Below, in pieces: positions 36,945-45,390 of a DNA stretch of 64,000 bases. Numbering within the stretch: the stretch's first letter is position 1; every line of letters begins with the position of its first letter. The stretch lies in the NCBI GenBank assembly GCA_947168665.1, contig CAMVMX010000010.1, positions 37,400 through 101,399 on the forward strand, written 5' to 3'. Source of the DNA: an uncultured Bacteroidales bacterium. GTDB taxonomy: Bacteria; Bacteroidota; Bacteroidia; Bacteroidales; P3. Under the pieces are notes generated by a model. It saw only the letters and a list, made by a program, of their open reading frames with translations, did not search any database and was not told the origin of the DNA. A program made the position numbers and the translations under genes.

Positions 36945-36997
36945 GTTTCTTCATACTTTCTATTTCGTTTCTTCATACTTTCTATTTTGTTTCTCAT
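36945..36997. repeat. 22-bp direct tandem repeat (2.4 copies)
   Basis: gtttcttcatactttctatttc / gtttcttcatactttctatttt / gtttctcat. Confidence 0.85.
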
Positions 36998-37135
36998 ATT
37001 AGAGCCAACTAGTGTATAAAAAGTGACAAAGCAGAAACAAAATAACGGCACCAGACTTGCCCGTGGAAGCCGGGGGAGGGGTGTGGCTTTATGGCGTCGT
37101 GCTGCGGGAGGCGAGGCGTTGTCGCCGGACCCTGT

Positions 37136-37654
37136 TCAAAGTTGCTTCATTGGAGAGGACATAGGGATTCGTTTTAGGGTCAGTGTGGTCACGATGGTAT
37201 CGTGTTCGGATGGGTCGACATTGGTAAGCGCCATGCTTTCTTGCGAAAGCATGTCTATCCTGAGCCATGGATTCCATTGCCCGGAATCCTCCCTGAGCAT
37301 TATGCTGTCATTTCGCAGTGTGTAGCCGTATTGATATGTATTCGTGTCGCCGTGGTGCCACGCGGTTTCATAATAATAGCCGTCATCGTCAAAACGCCAT
37401 ATAAGATTAGGCACAACAGTATCGTTCCGTTCTTTTCCGGAGGTGATTGTTCTCCTGTCCAACCGAACCACTTTCCACTCGCCGAGCAACAGCAGTTGCC
37501 AGTCGTGCTCTAATCCGCCTTTGCTATGCTGGGTGTCGGTGCTCTCAATTCCGATAATGCTGTCGGCTGCGTCTTCGTTTGCCGCCCCACTCTTGCATCC
37601 GGCCATCATCGCCACGGCACACAGCACCGTGAGGGTTAAAAATGCTTTCTTCAT
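37136..37654 (-). CDS. Lipoprotein, lipocalin-like (tentative; shared signal peptide family)
   Basis: MKKAFLTLTVLCAVAMMAGCKSG lipobox, followed by LLLGEWKVVRLD.... Confidence 0.55.
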   Translation of the reverse strand: MKKAFLTLTVLCAVAMMAGCKSGAANEDAADSIIGIESTDTQHSKGGLEHDWQLLLLGEWKVVRLDRRTITSGKERNDTVVPNLIWRFDDDGYYYETAWHHGDTNTYQYGYTLRNDSIMLREDSGQWNPWLRIDMLSQESMALTNVDPSEHDTIVTTLTLKRIPMSSPMKQL

Positions 37655-37773
37655 ATACCTTTTATGTTATATGTTATGCATCAATCTTTCGGCGGGGTTT
37701 TGTTGCGGCGCGGCGGCAAGCCGCCGCGAAGAACAGGAATCCACGTGCAAGTTTGTCTTCCATTTCTCGTGCT

Positions 37774-38697
37774 CTACCAACGAAGCCAGTTGCCCCGTTT
37801 CATCAGTTTGTCAATTAGTGTTGCCTTGGTCACGGGCTTCTGTATCTCGAAGATGCCGGAGGGGTTGATGAAGCCGTGCGTGTCGCCGATACGGGCATAG
37901 GCAAGACCTTCGGAGAAGGAGTGCAGATTGTCGAAACGGGCTTCGATGATGAGGTTGCCCGCCTTGTCGATGGCACCGCTTTTGTTGCCAATCTCGACGA
38001 TGGAGCGTCCTTCAATGAGGGTGTCGACATGGTCGAATCTCTCGCCGAGCAGCACCACGTCGTGACCGTCGTGGTCGATGAAGCGCCATTTGCCCTCTTT
38101 CTTCGCTGGCGCCAACCCTTCGGAGAAGGACTCGGTCTCGTCGAATTCGGGTGCTATGGCGAATTTGCCTTCCTTGTTGACGAACCCGCACTTGTCCCCG
38201 TCGTTAACGACGACAGGCATAAGGTCTTCCTCGAAGGTGTAGGCAAAGCTGAACTTTGGCTTTATTACCAGTTTGCCGGTCCTGTCGATGGCACCGTATC
38301 GCCAGTCGCCATCTCCAACGATGAATTCAGCGGCCGCCAACCCGCAGGAGAAGTTCTCCACGTCGGTACAGTCCTCGCCGAGTTCGGCGAGGACTCTGCC
38401 GTTCCTGTCTATGATGTGGAAGCCGTCGCCGATAGAGCATGCTGCCACTCCCTCGGTGAAGGCAAGGGCGAAGTCGTACTGCGGCTTGATCACCATCTTG
38501 CCGTAGCGGTCGATGAAACCGTACTTATTGTTGACCTCGACGGCCGCCAGCCCCTCAGAGAAGCCGGATGCTGCGGTGTACTGCGGTGCGATGGCAACAT
38601 GCCCTTGCCGGTCGATGTATCCCCATTTGTTCTTTATCAACACCGCCGCAAGCCCGTCAGAGAAGAGCCAGGGGGATCCTGCCAAACTGTTCTTCAT
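37774..38697 (-). CDS. WG-repeat (KWG) containing protein
   Basis: There are 7-8 repeats of the type KWGYIDRQGHVAIAPQY / KYGFIDRYGKMVIKPQY / KCGFVNKEGKFAIAPEF. No signal peptide. Confidence 0.8.
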   Translation of the reverse strand: MKNSLAGSPWLFSDGLAAVLIKNKWGYIDRQGHVAIAPQYTAASGFSEGLAAVEVNNKYGFIDRYGKMVIKPQYDFALAFTEGVAACSIGDGFHIIDRNGRVLAELGEDCTDVENFSCGLAAAEFIVGDGDWRYGAIDRTGKLVIKPKFSFAYTFEEDLMPVVVNDGDKCGFVNKEGKFAIAPEFDETESFSEGLAPAKKEGKWRFIDHDGHDVVLLGERFDHVDTLIEGRSIVEIGNKSGAIDKAGNLIIEARFDNLHSFSEGLAYARIGDTHGFINPSGIFEIQKPVTKATLIDKLMKRGNWLRW

Positions 38698-38700
38698 AGG

Positions 38701-38982
38701 CTATTCTTTTTGCCAGCGTTTGAGCTGGGGGAAGTACTGGCGGAGCTGCTCGCGGTATTCATCGGCGGTGAGGTGCTGGCCGGTATTCTGGTTAAACTGG
38801 TCGACAAACTGGACGCAGAAGTCTATCATCTGCTCCATGGTGCAGTCCTGCGTGAAGTGGCCGTCGGCAAAGCAGTACTTGCAGTAGTCGGGGTTCTCGC
38901 TCACGACCTCGTCGCTCAGCGGCATGCCGCAACTCTGGCAGAAGCGCATTTGTGCGGGGTCGGGTGTCTTGTTTTCGTCCAT
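38701..38982 (-). CDS. Zinc-ribbon domain protein
   Basis: MRFCQSCGMPL...YCKYCF CxxC pairs. The stop is 3 nt before the WG-repeat gene start. Confidence 0.6.
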   Translation of the reverse strand: MDENKTPDPAQMRFCQSCGMPLSDEVVSENPDYCKYCFADGHFTQDCTMEQMIDFCVQFVDQFNQNTGQHLTADEYREQLRQYFPQLKRWQKE

Positions 38983-39007
38983 ATTTGATTGTTTTTATTT
39001 GTTTGAT

Positions 39008-39036
39008 AATGTCCCGCGCCGAAGGCGCGGGACATT
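39008..39036 (-). terminator. Strong hairpin after dgkA (13-bp stem, GAA loop)
   Basis: aatgtcccgcgcc gaa ggcgcgggacatt. No obvious U-run. Lies 26 nt upstream of the zinc-ribbon gene ATG. Confidence 0.45.
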
Positions 39037-39045
39037 GAATGGGTG

Positions 39046-39429
39046 TCAGTTGATGATCAACGAAAGGATTTTCGGCAAGAAGATGATCAACCCTACGATG
39101 GCAGCAGCTATGGCGGTTAGGAGTACCGCCGCTGCGCCAAGGTCTTTGATATCCCGCTTGCGGTCGTCCCGTTCGGCCTTGACAAAATCGGCGGTTCGCT
39201 CAAGCGACGAGTTTATAGCCTCCGCACTGAGGACCATCCCGATTACTATCGTCACCGCTATCCATTCATAGGCCGAGATGCGGAAGGCGAATCCTGCAGT
39301 TACGGCGCATAATGCCGCAAAGGCGTGAATCCGTGAGTTGTGCTCTTCGCGAAACAGGACACGCAGCCCCGCAAAGGCATAGCGGAAGCTCTTTATCCGT
39401 TTCTTTATAGAAAACCTTTCGTTGTTCAT
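39046..39429 (-). CDS. dgkA: Diacylglycerol kinase family (prokaryotic DAGK/undecaprenol kinase-like) membrane protein
   Basis: 127 aa. RIKSFRYAFAGLRVLFREEHNSRIH...SAEAINSSLERTADF...KDLGAAAVLL are typical DgkA motifs. Confidence 0.8.
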   Translation of the reverse strand: MNNERFSIKKRIKSFRYAFAGLRVLFREEHNSRIHAFAALCAVTAGFAFRISAYEWIAVTIVIGMVLSAEAINSSLERTADFVKAERDDRKRDIKDLGAAAVLLTAIAAAIVGLIIFLPKILSLIIN

Positions 39430-39435
39430 GTGGCG

Positions 39436-40389
39436 TTACTTCCGTTTCAGCACCGCGTGCACCTTCTCGACGATGTCGGCGGCGCGGAGGTGGTAGTTGG
39501 TGAGCATCTCGTCGGGGGTGCCGCTCTCGCCGAACTTGTCGTCCACGGCCACGTACTCCATCGGCGTGGGGCAGTGCAGGGCGAGGGTCTGGGCCACGCT
39601 ATCGCCGAGGCCGCCGTTGAAGAGGTGCTCCTCGCAGGTCACCACGGCGCGGGTCTTCTTGGCGCTGGCCACGATGGCCTCCACGTCGAGCGGCTTGATG
39701 GTGTGGATGTTGATGACTTCGGCGCTGATGCCTTCCTTCTCCAGGGCTTCGGCGGCCTGCAGGGCTTCCCACACAAGGTGGCCGCAGGCGAAGAGGGTCA
39801 CGTCCTTGCCCTCGCTCAGCAGCTGGGCTTTGCCGATCTCGAACTTCTCATTCTCCGGCAGGAAGCAGGGCATCTTCGAGCGGCCGAGGCGCAGGTAGAC
39901 GGGGCCGACGTGCTCGGCGGCGGCCAGCGTGGCGGCCTTGGCCTGGTTGAAGTCGGCGGGCACCAGCACGGTCATATTGGGCAGGGCCTTCATCAGGGCG
40001 ATGTCCTCCATCGTCTGGTGCGTGGCGCCGTCCTCGCCGAGCGAGATGCCGGCGTGCGAGCCGCAGATCTTCACGTTCTTGTTGCTGTAGGCCACGACCT
40101 GGCGGATCTGGTCGTAGACGCGGCCGGTGACGAACTCGGCGAAGCCGCCCAGGAAGGGCACCTTGCCGCAGAGGCTCAGACCGGCGGCGATGCCGACCAT
40201 ATTGGCCTCGGCGATGCCGCACTGGATGAAGCGCTCGGGGAACTCCTTGGCGAAGCCGTCCATCTTGACGCTGCCTTTCACGTCGGCGCTCAGCGCCACG
40301 ACATTCTCATTGCGCTTGCCAGCTTCCACAAGGCCTTCGCCCATACCGGCGCGCAGTTCTTTCATTGATTGTTTTTCGTAGTGGGTCAT
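39436..40389 (-). CDS. Transketolase, C-terminal (pyrimidine-binding + C-terminal domain) subunit
   Basis: FPERFIQCGIAEANMVGIAAGLS...GEDGATHQTMEDIALMKALPNMTVLVPAD...INIHTIKPLD. Confidence 0.9.
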   Translation of the reverse strand: MTHYEKQSMKELRAGMGEGLVEAGKRNENVVALSADVKGSVKMDGFAKEFPERFIQCGIAEANMVGIAAGLSLCGKVPFLGGFAEFVTGRVYDQIRQVVAYSNKNVKICGSHAGISLGEDGATHQTMEDIALMKALPNMTVLVPADFNQAKAATLAAAEHVGPVYLRLGRSKMPCFLPENEKFEIGKAQLLSEGKDVTLFACGHLVWEALQAAEALEKEGISAEVINIHTIKPLDVEAIVASAKKTRAVVTCEEHLFNGGLGDSVAQTLALHCPTPMEYVAVDDKFGESGTPDEMLTNYHLRAADIVEKVHAVLKRK

Positions 40390-40403
40390 AATATTTGTTG
40401 TTT

Positions 40404-41027
40404 TTATTGTTTTATAGGAATGCGTATTACTGTCTTTGTCTTTTCGGGGGCGGTCTTTCTGGGGTCGGACAGGTAGATCTCATGGTGGAGTCGTTCCCCC
40501 ATGTCGATATGGTAGCCTTGGTTGGCGGCAAAGCGTTCCATGGCATCGATGGTTGCCGGCTCGTTGTCGTATGGGCCGATGTGCATGCACTGCACGCAGA
40601 GGCCTTCGTCATAGGTGAAGAAATCTACCGCCCGGTAGTCGGCTTTTTTCTTCCGGGCCGCCTCGTCTTTTGCCCAGTCGACATCGGTGGGCCGCACAAA
40701 GTCCGGGAGTCGGATCATGGATATGAAATTGAACGCTTGCTTGTCCGAATAGTCAAACACACCCGCCTCTGTCCACCACAGCCCCTCCAGCGGAGGCACC
40801 ACGTAGTCGAAATACCCCTCCATTTTGCGACTGCCCATTTTGCTCATCTTGATGGTATAAGCTATCCCGTAAAGCAACTCTATAGAGTGTTTGTATTCAC
40901 TCCCTTCGGTATTGGGGTCACCTTTGCCCCTGACCGCTATATAGTTTATCGGCGGCACCTGCACAATGGACGGGGCTGTTGCAGGTTTATAAAATTCCTT
41001 ATATTCTTTTTTGAAGTCGAATGCCAT
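40404..41027 (-). CDS. GyrI-like small-molecule-binding domain protein
   Basis: FDFKKEYKEFYKP...PPINYIAVRGKGDPN...PLEGLWW...HHEIYLSDPRK is typical GyrI-like/SOUL-type. Confidence 0.7.
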   Translation of the reverse strand: MAFDFKKEYKEFYKPATAPSIVQVPPINYIAVRGKGDPNTEGSEYKHSIELLYGIAYTIKMSKMGSRKMEGYFDYVVPPLEGLWWTEAGVFDYSDKQAFNFISMIRLPDFVRPTDVDWAKDEAARKKKADYRAVDFFTYDEGLCVQCMHIGPYDNEPATIDAMERFAANQGYHIDMGERLHHEIYLSDPRKTAPEKTKTVIRIPIKQ

Positions 41028-41035
41028 ATTGCGTT

Positions 41036-42040
41036 TTATTGGTTATTCTTGTTTATCAAATTCACTACTACCTTCACCATCACGTCCTTCTCCTCGGGAC
41101 GGCTCTCGGCTATCATCAGGGTGAGGGCTACGAGGGTGCCGTCTGCAATGCGCTTGGTGCCGTCCTCGCGGTAGAGGATGCGGTTGTTGTTCAGGAACCA
41201 GAGGAACAGCGTGGCGGCGATGCGCTTGTTGCCGTCACTGAACGAGTGGTTCTTGGTGACGAGGTAAAGCAGCATTGCGGCCTTCTCCTCCACAGAAGGG
41301 TAGAACTCCACGCCGTCGAAGGTCTGATATATCTGTCCGATACTGCTGCGGAACGACTCGTCCTTCTCGTTGCCGAAGAGAGGGCTCTCGCCGAACCGTT
41401 CCTTGACGGCTTGGATGGCTTGCATCGCGTTGTCGTAGGTGGCGTGGAAAGGAGCCTCGGCGGTGGTGTCGGCCACGGCAAGGCGCTGGTAGTCGTAACT
41501 GTCGAGAGTGGAGAGGGCATAGGTGTAGTCCACCACCACGTCGAGCAGTCCTTGGCTGTCCACAGGTTTCTCCTCGTCGCTCTGCTTCAGCGTGCGCCCC
41601 ACGAGCTGCACCAGCTGCCGCAACTCGGTGAGGTTCTCCTGCCGTATCTTCTCGTTGATGGCAAAACCCTTGGTGAGGTAATCTTTCAGCACGCGGTTGG
41701 CCCATTGGCGAAACCGTGTGGCGACCTTGGATTTGATGCGGTAGCCCAATGCAATTATCATATCAAGGTTGTAGTATGATATATTGTAGTTCTTGCCATC
41801 GGAAGCAGTTGTTCGGAATTTCCGAACAACTTCACTCTGTACAAGCTCTTCTTCCTCGAAGATATGCTTGATATGCTCACTTACATTGGCTTTACTGGAT
41901 TGATACAGTTCTACCATTTGCTGTTGTGTCAGCCAAATGGTCTCATCCGCCAATTTTACTTCTAAATTGGTACTTCCATCTTTGGATTGATAGATTACTA
42001 TCTCCCCTCGGTTCTCCATATTTTCGTTTTGATTCATCAT
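41036..42040 (-). CDS. RhuM-family virulence protein fused to a Fic/Doc domain
   Basis: The N-terminus, IVIYQSKDGSTNLEVKLADETIWLTQQQMVELYQSSKANVSEHIKHIF...YYNLDMIIALGYRIKSKVATRFRQWA, is RhuM-like. The C-terminus carries HSFSDGNKRIAA, a Fic/Doc core-motif variant. The ATG at 42040 overlaps the upstream TGA (ATGA). Confidence 0.75.
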   Translation of the reverse strand: MMNQNENMENRGEIVIYQSKDGSTNLEVKLADETIWLTQQQMVELYQSSKANVSEHIKHIFEEEELVQSEVVRKFRTTASDGKNYNISYYNLDMIIALGYRIKSKVATRFRQWANRVLKDYLTKGFAINEKIRQENLTELRQLVQLVGRTLKQSDEEKPVDSQGLLDVVVDYTYALSTLDSYDYQRLAVADTTAEAPFHATYDNAMQAIQAVKERFGESPLFGNEKDESFRSSIGQIYQTFDGVEFYPSVEEKAAMLLYLVTKNHSFSDGNKRIAATLFLWFLNNNRILYREDGTKRIADGTLVALTLMIAESRPEEKDVMVKVVVNLINKNNQ

Positions 42041-42834
42041 CTCATCCAGCCCTCCATGCGGTATATTTTCTCCATCAGCTTGCGGGCTTTGCCTTTTGTG
42101 GGCTTGTGCCATACCTCGACGCGCACGGCGTAGTAGTCCTCCCAGTCGCCCTCGTAGATGGTGAACGACTTATGGTTTGGCTCAACTATCTGTCCAAAAC
42201 CGTTGTGGTTCAGCACCTGCGTGGTGGTGCGCGGTTTCAGCCTGTCTTTTGACAGTTCGATGTTCTCTGTCACCTCAAAGCAGCGGAGGTAAATCTCGCC
42301 GTCCTCCAAAGCCGGCCAATAGAATGCAAAATTATATATGCCGCCCTGGTCGCCATTCCATATCTGCAGCCACGTGGTGGTGTCGGTGCTGTCTATGACG
42401 ACGGGGGTGAAGATGTCCCCATCGGTGGCATTCCATCTGTGAGCGGTGTCGGTGATGGGTATGTTATATTCCAGCCCTTCGGGTATAGGGTGGCTCTTGC
42501 CGAAATCGTCAGGTGCCATACTGAACAACCCTGCTACAAACATTGAGAAAAACATAAAACCGATGACAGCCTCCAAAACCAAACTGGCAATTCCTGCCAG
42601 AAATGCCCCGACGGCACGTCGCCATTCCTTCCTCAGCAAGAGAATGATGAAAACCGGCAGCTGCAAAAGAAACACAAAGGCAGAAATGCTTGCAAAGACG
42701 AGCCCCCACACGGTGGATTCTGCACCAACAAACAGCGAGGCCACAAGCAACAGTCCCGTCGCCAGCGGGAACACCCACCAGAACCGCACTATCCAATCAT
42801 TGAAACACTTTCCCGTCATACCCTCAATCCTCAT
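42037..42834 (-). CDS. Hypothetical membrane protein (4 TM N-terminal, soluble C-terminal domain)
   Basis: 265 aa. Coupled to both neighbours by overlaps. No family recognised. Confidence 0.5.
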   Translation of the reverse strand: MRIEGMTGKCFNDWIVRFWWVFPLATGLLLVASLFVGAESTVWGLVFASISAFVFLLQLPVFIILLLRKEWRRAVGAFLAGIASLVLEAVIGFMFFSMFVAGLFSMAPDDFGKSHPIPEGLEYNIPITDTAHRWNATDGDIFTPVVIDSTDTTTWLQIWNGDQGGIYNFAFYWPALEDGEIYLRCFEVTENIELSKDRLKPRTTTQVLNHNGFGQIVEPNHKSFTIYEGDWEDYYAVRVEVWHKPTKGKARKLMEKIYRMEGWMR

Positions 42835-43606
42835 AATAAATTATCTCGCGGTCTTCAGCAGCCTCTGTGCCGTCAGGGAAAGTAATTTTCCGCCATGTCC
42901 AGTTGCCGTGGTCGTCATAGAAGTGTTGGTCGTAGGTGAACCCTTTCTCGCCGAGGACAACCGTGTTCAAGCTGCGCTCCTGTGTCAGCTCTCCCTTGTC
43001 ATTATACTGATAGAAAGTCTTCTCATTCTGGCTGACCACACTGTCCACCCCATACTGACCATAGTAAGTGACCGTCGGTTTGTCAAATATTGTCAAGGTG
43101 GAAGTCCGCAGCGAGCCATCTGGCTTATAGCTGAAGTTATACAGGAATCCCGAGGCGGTATCCTTCATGGCCAAGGGTCGGCCCGAGGCATCGTGTGCGG
43201 TCACAATATGGCTCCATCGGCTGCCGTCGTGATAGGTGGTCTCTATGCGCAGCATCCTCCCGTCGGAGGCATAGACATATCGCTCTTCGCGTCTGCTGTC
43301 GCCACCCCACCAGCTTGTTGAAGCCAAGCGTCCCTGTCCGTCATGGCGGTAGATGACCCCGCCGTCTATGCCGTCTTCGCTCATGTCAACACTGGTGGTG
43401 AGCCGTCCGCTCCTGTCGTATAGGTTGGTGGTGGCCGAACTGATGCAGGCATCGCCCTGCTCGTTGTTGAATATCATGGTCGTCATCACCATCTTCACCG
43501 GCCCCCGGAGGTTTTCCCTGGCCGCTGTGGGGGGTACGACATCGGGCTGGGCCGTGACGGTCATCCAGACGCATAGCATGATTATTGTCAGGGATATCCT
43601 CTTCAT
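42824..43606 (-). CDS. Secreted protein with YD/RHS-like short repeats (tentative)
   Basis: Signal peptide MKRISLTIIMLCVWMTVTAQ. Repeats of the type YDRSGRL, YRHDGQGRL, YASDGRML and YKPDGSL. Confidence 0.5.
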   Translation of the reverse strand: MKRISLTIIMLCVWMTVTAQPDVVPPTAARENLRGPVKMVMTTMIFNNEQGDACISSATTNLYDRSGRLTTSVDMSEDGIDGGVIYRHDGQGRLASTSWWGGDSRREERYVYASDGRMLRIETTYHDGSRWSHIVTAHDASGRPLAMKDTASGFLYNFSYKPDGSLRTSTLTIFDKPTVTYYGQYGVDSVVSQNEKTFYQYNDKGELTQERSLNTVVLGEKGFTYDQHFYDDHGNWTWRKITFPDGTEAAEDREIIYYED

Positions 43607-43650
43607 CGTTCAGGTTTATTGTCGGTTCTTGTACTAATGGTGTTTCGGGG

Positions 43651-45126
43651 TCACATAATGCCTTTCAGCCAGCCGAACAGCTCGTCCAGCGCATAGTCGC
43701 CGCTGTGGGGTCTGTTCCAGGCCAGCAGGAAGTTCACATCGCATCCCGCCTCATTCAGCTTCAGGGCCAAGTTCAACGGCACGGGGAATCCCGTGTCGCG
43801 GTCCCTTGCCCCGTGGCGGATATACCAATGCTGGGCCACAGTGTGTCCCTCCTTGCTTTTTGCCTTGTTCTCCTCGCTGGCTTGGGGAACAATAAAATTC
43901 ATCGGGTTCATCAGATACACATTGTCCACCACCTCCTTGCTCAGCTCTTTGCCGTTCTTGTAGGCGCTGAAAACCGTAAAGTTCACGCTGCTGCCGTCCG
44001 TGCCGCCAAACACCTCGTTCTCCGCCGAGGCCGGCTGCCCCAGCACCCCCTTCGTGTCGAAAGCGGGGGCCGTCTTCAGCGGCTGCGTGTTGGCCACATA
44101 GTTCAGATACCGCTGCAAGTCCAGCCCCACCACATACTCGCCGCGTTGCGGCTGAGGTGGACGCATGGCGGCCATTCCCTTCTTCTTGCCTCCGTTCATC
44201 GGGGGCATATTGCCCATCTCCTCTTGGCTGAAGCTGAAACCCAGCGAGTCGCTGATGTCTGCGCCCGCGTTCTTGGCTGTCTGCGCCGAGCGTATCAGCT
44301 CCCTCCGCAGCAGCTCCATATAATTGTCGGCCGTCACCGGGTTGCCGTTCCAGTCTTTCAGGTTCAAACTGTTGATATACGCTGGGAACTGCTCCTTCAG
44401 CTGGTTGCTGATGGGCAGCAGATGGGCCGACCGTTGGCGGCTCGACGTGCCGTTGAACAACCACTCATACGCCATGTCGGCATGCTCCAAGTCTGTGATA
44501 GGGCAGAAGCAGACAGCGGCATACACATCGTCGCTCTCCTTGGCGGCACCCATGGCCGCCAGCATCGGCTCGTACAGCGGATGGTTTCCCGTGGCTCCCA
44601 CCAGGGCCGCCATTGCCCCGCCCGCGCTCGTGCCGTCGATGACGATACGCTCGGCATTGCCCGGCATCTCGCGGTCAAACAGCCGCAAGTAGCGCACCGC
44701 CGCCTTCAAGTCCAGCAGCCCCTTCGGTGCGCGGCCTGTATACACGCCTTCCTGCATCGAGTTGCGCCCCCGCGAGCCGGGAATCACTACCACATATCCC
44801 TCCTTCAGCGCCCGTCCCGTGGCGTCGCCCGCCTGTGGGGCGCGTGCCTTGGCGGCCATATAGCCGCCGATATACGTGCGCAGCAGGATGGGCGTGGTCT
44901 TCGTGGCCCCCTCCGGCACATACACATTCAGATACTGATAAGCCGTATCCTCCACATTCTTCACATAATACAGATGCTCATAAGCGGTGTATCGCACCAC
45001 CTCGCCGTCGGGCATCGTCAACTCCGCCTCATAGCCGTCGTTGGGATTGAAACTGAGTCCCTGCTTGCTGTGGCCACACGCGCACAGAGCCAAAACGGCA
45101 ACCACCACAATTAATATTCTCCTCAT
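43651..45126 (-). CDS. Alpha/beta-hydrolase (carboxylesterase-like) lipoprotein
   Basis: LALCACG lipobox. Nucleophile elbow IDGTSAGGAMAALVG (GxSxG). Confidence 0.65.
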   Translation of the reverse strand: MRRILIVVVAVLALCACGHSKQGLSFNPNDGYEAELTMPDGEVVRYTAYEHLYYVKNVEDTAYQYLNVYVPEGATKTTPILLRTYIGGYMAAKARAPQAGDATGRALKEGYVVVIPGSRGRNSMQEGVYTGRAPKGLLDLKAAVRYLRLFDREMPGNAERIVIDGTSAGGAMAALVGATGNHPLYEPMLAAMGAAKESDDVYAAVCFCPITDLEHADMAYEWLFNGTSSRQRSAHLLPISNQLKEQFPAYINSLNLKDWNGNPVTADNYMELLRRELIRSAQTAKNAGADISDSLGFSFSQEEMGNMPPMNGGKKKGMAAMRPPQPQRGEYVVGLDLQRYLNYVANTQPLKTAPAFDTKGVLGQPASAENEVFGGTDGSSVNFTVFSAYKNGKELSKEVVDNVYLMNPMNFIVPQASEENKAKSKEGHTVAQHWYIRHGARDRDTGFPVPLNLALKLNEAGCDVNFLLAWNRPHSGDYALDELFGWLKGIM

Positions 45127-45390
45127 GATTCAAAAGTTTTATTTGCATATACAACGAAACGCCTTTCTGCCAAATCTGAGACAGAAAACGTTTTTTTATT
45201 TTTATTAACGCTGCAGAGTCGAAAATAGTATGCCCGGATTCTTTTTTTCATGCCATGAGGGTCCAACAGCAAGATGAAACTCCGTTGTTGAACCTTCATC
45301 CCGAATAAAAAGGCGGGACACTGTTGCTAATCCGTTTTTTTTATGTATTTTTGCATTTTGTAATTTGTAACATGTAAACAGACACACGCA

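Noticed and set aside
36851-36960. 30-codon minus-strand ORF (MKKQTPFYGACKAGYALLDTIGPVANLATW) in the 336-nt spacer
   Set aside because: It is too short and has no support. It starts within the 22-bp tandem repeat and is probably a remnant of a lipoprotein gene 5' end.
37876-40368. Long plus-strand ORFs 37876..38988 (370 aa) and 39340..40368 (342 aa)
   Set aside because: They are antisense to the WG-repeat/zinc-ribbon genes and to dgkA/transketolase-C respectively. These are low-complexity shadow frames, while the minus-strand products have clear family motifs.
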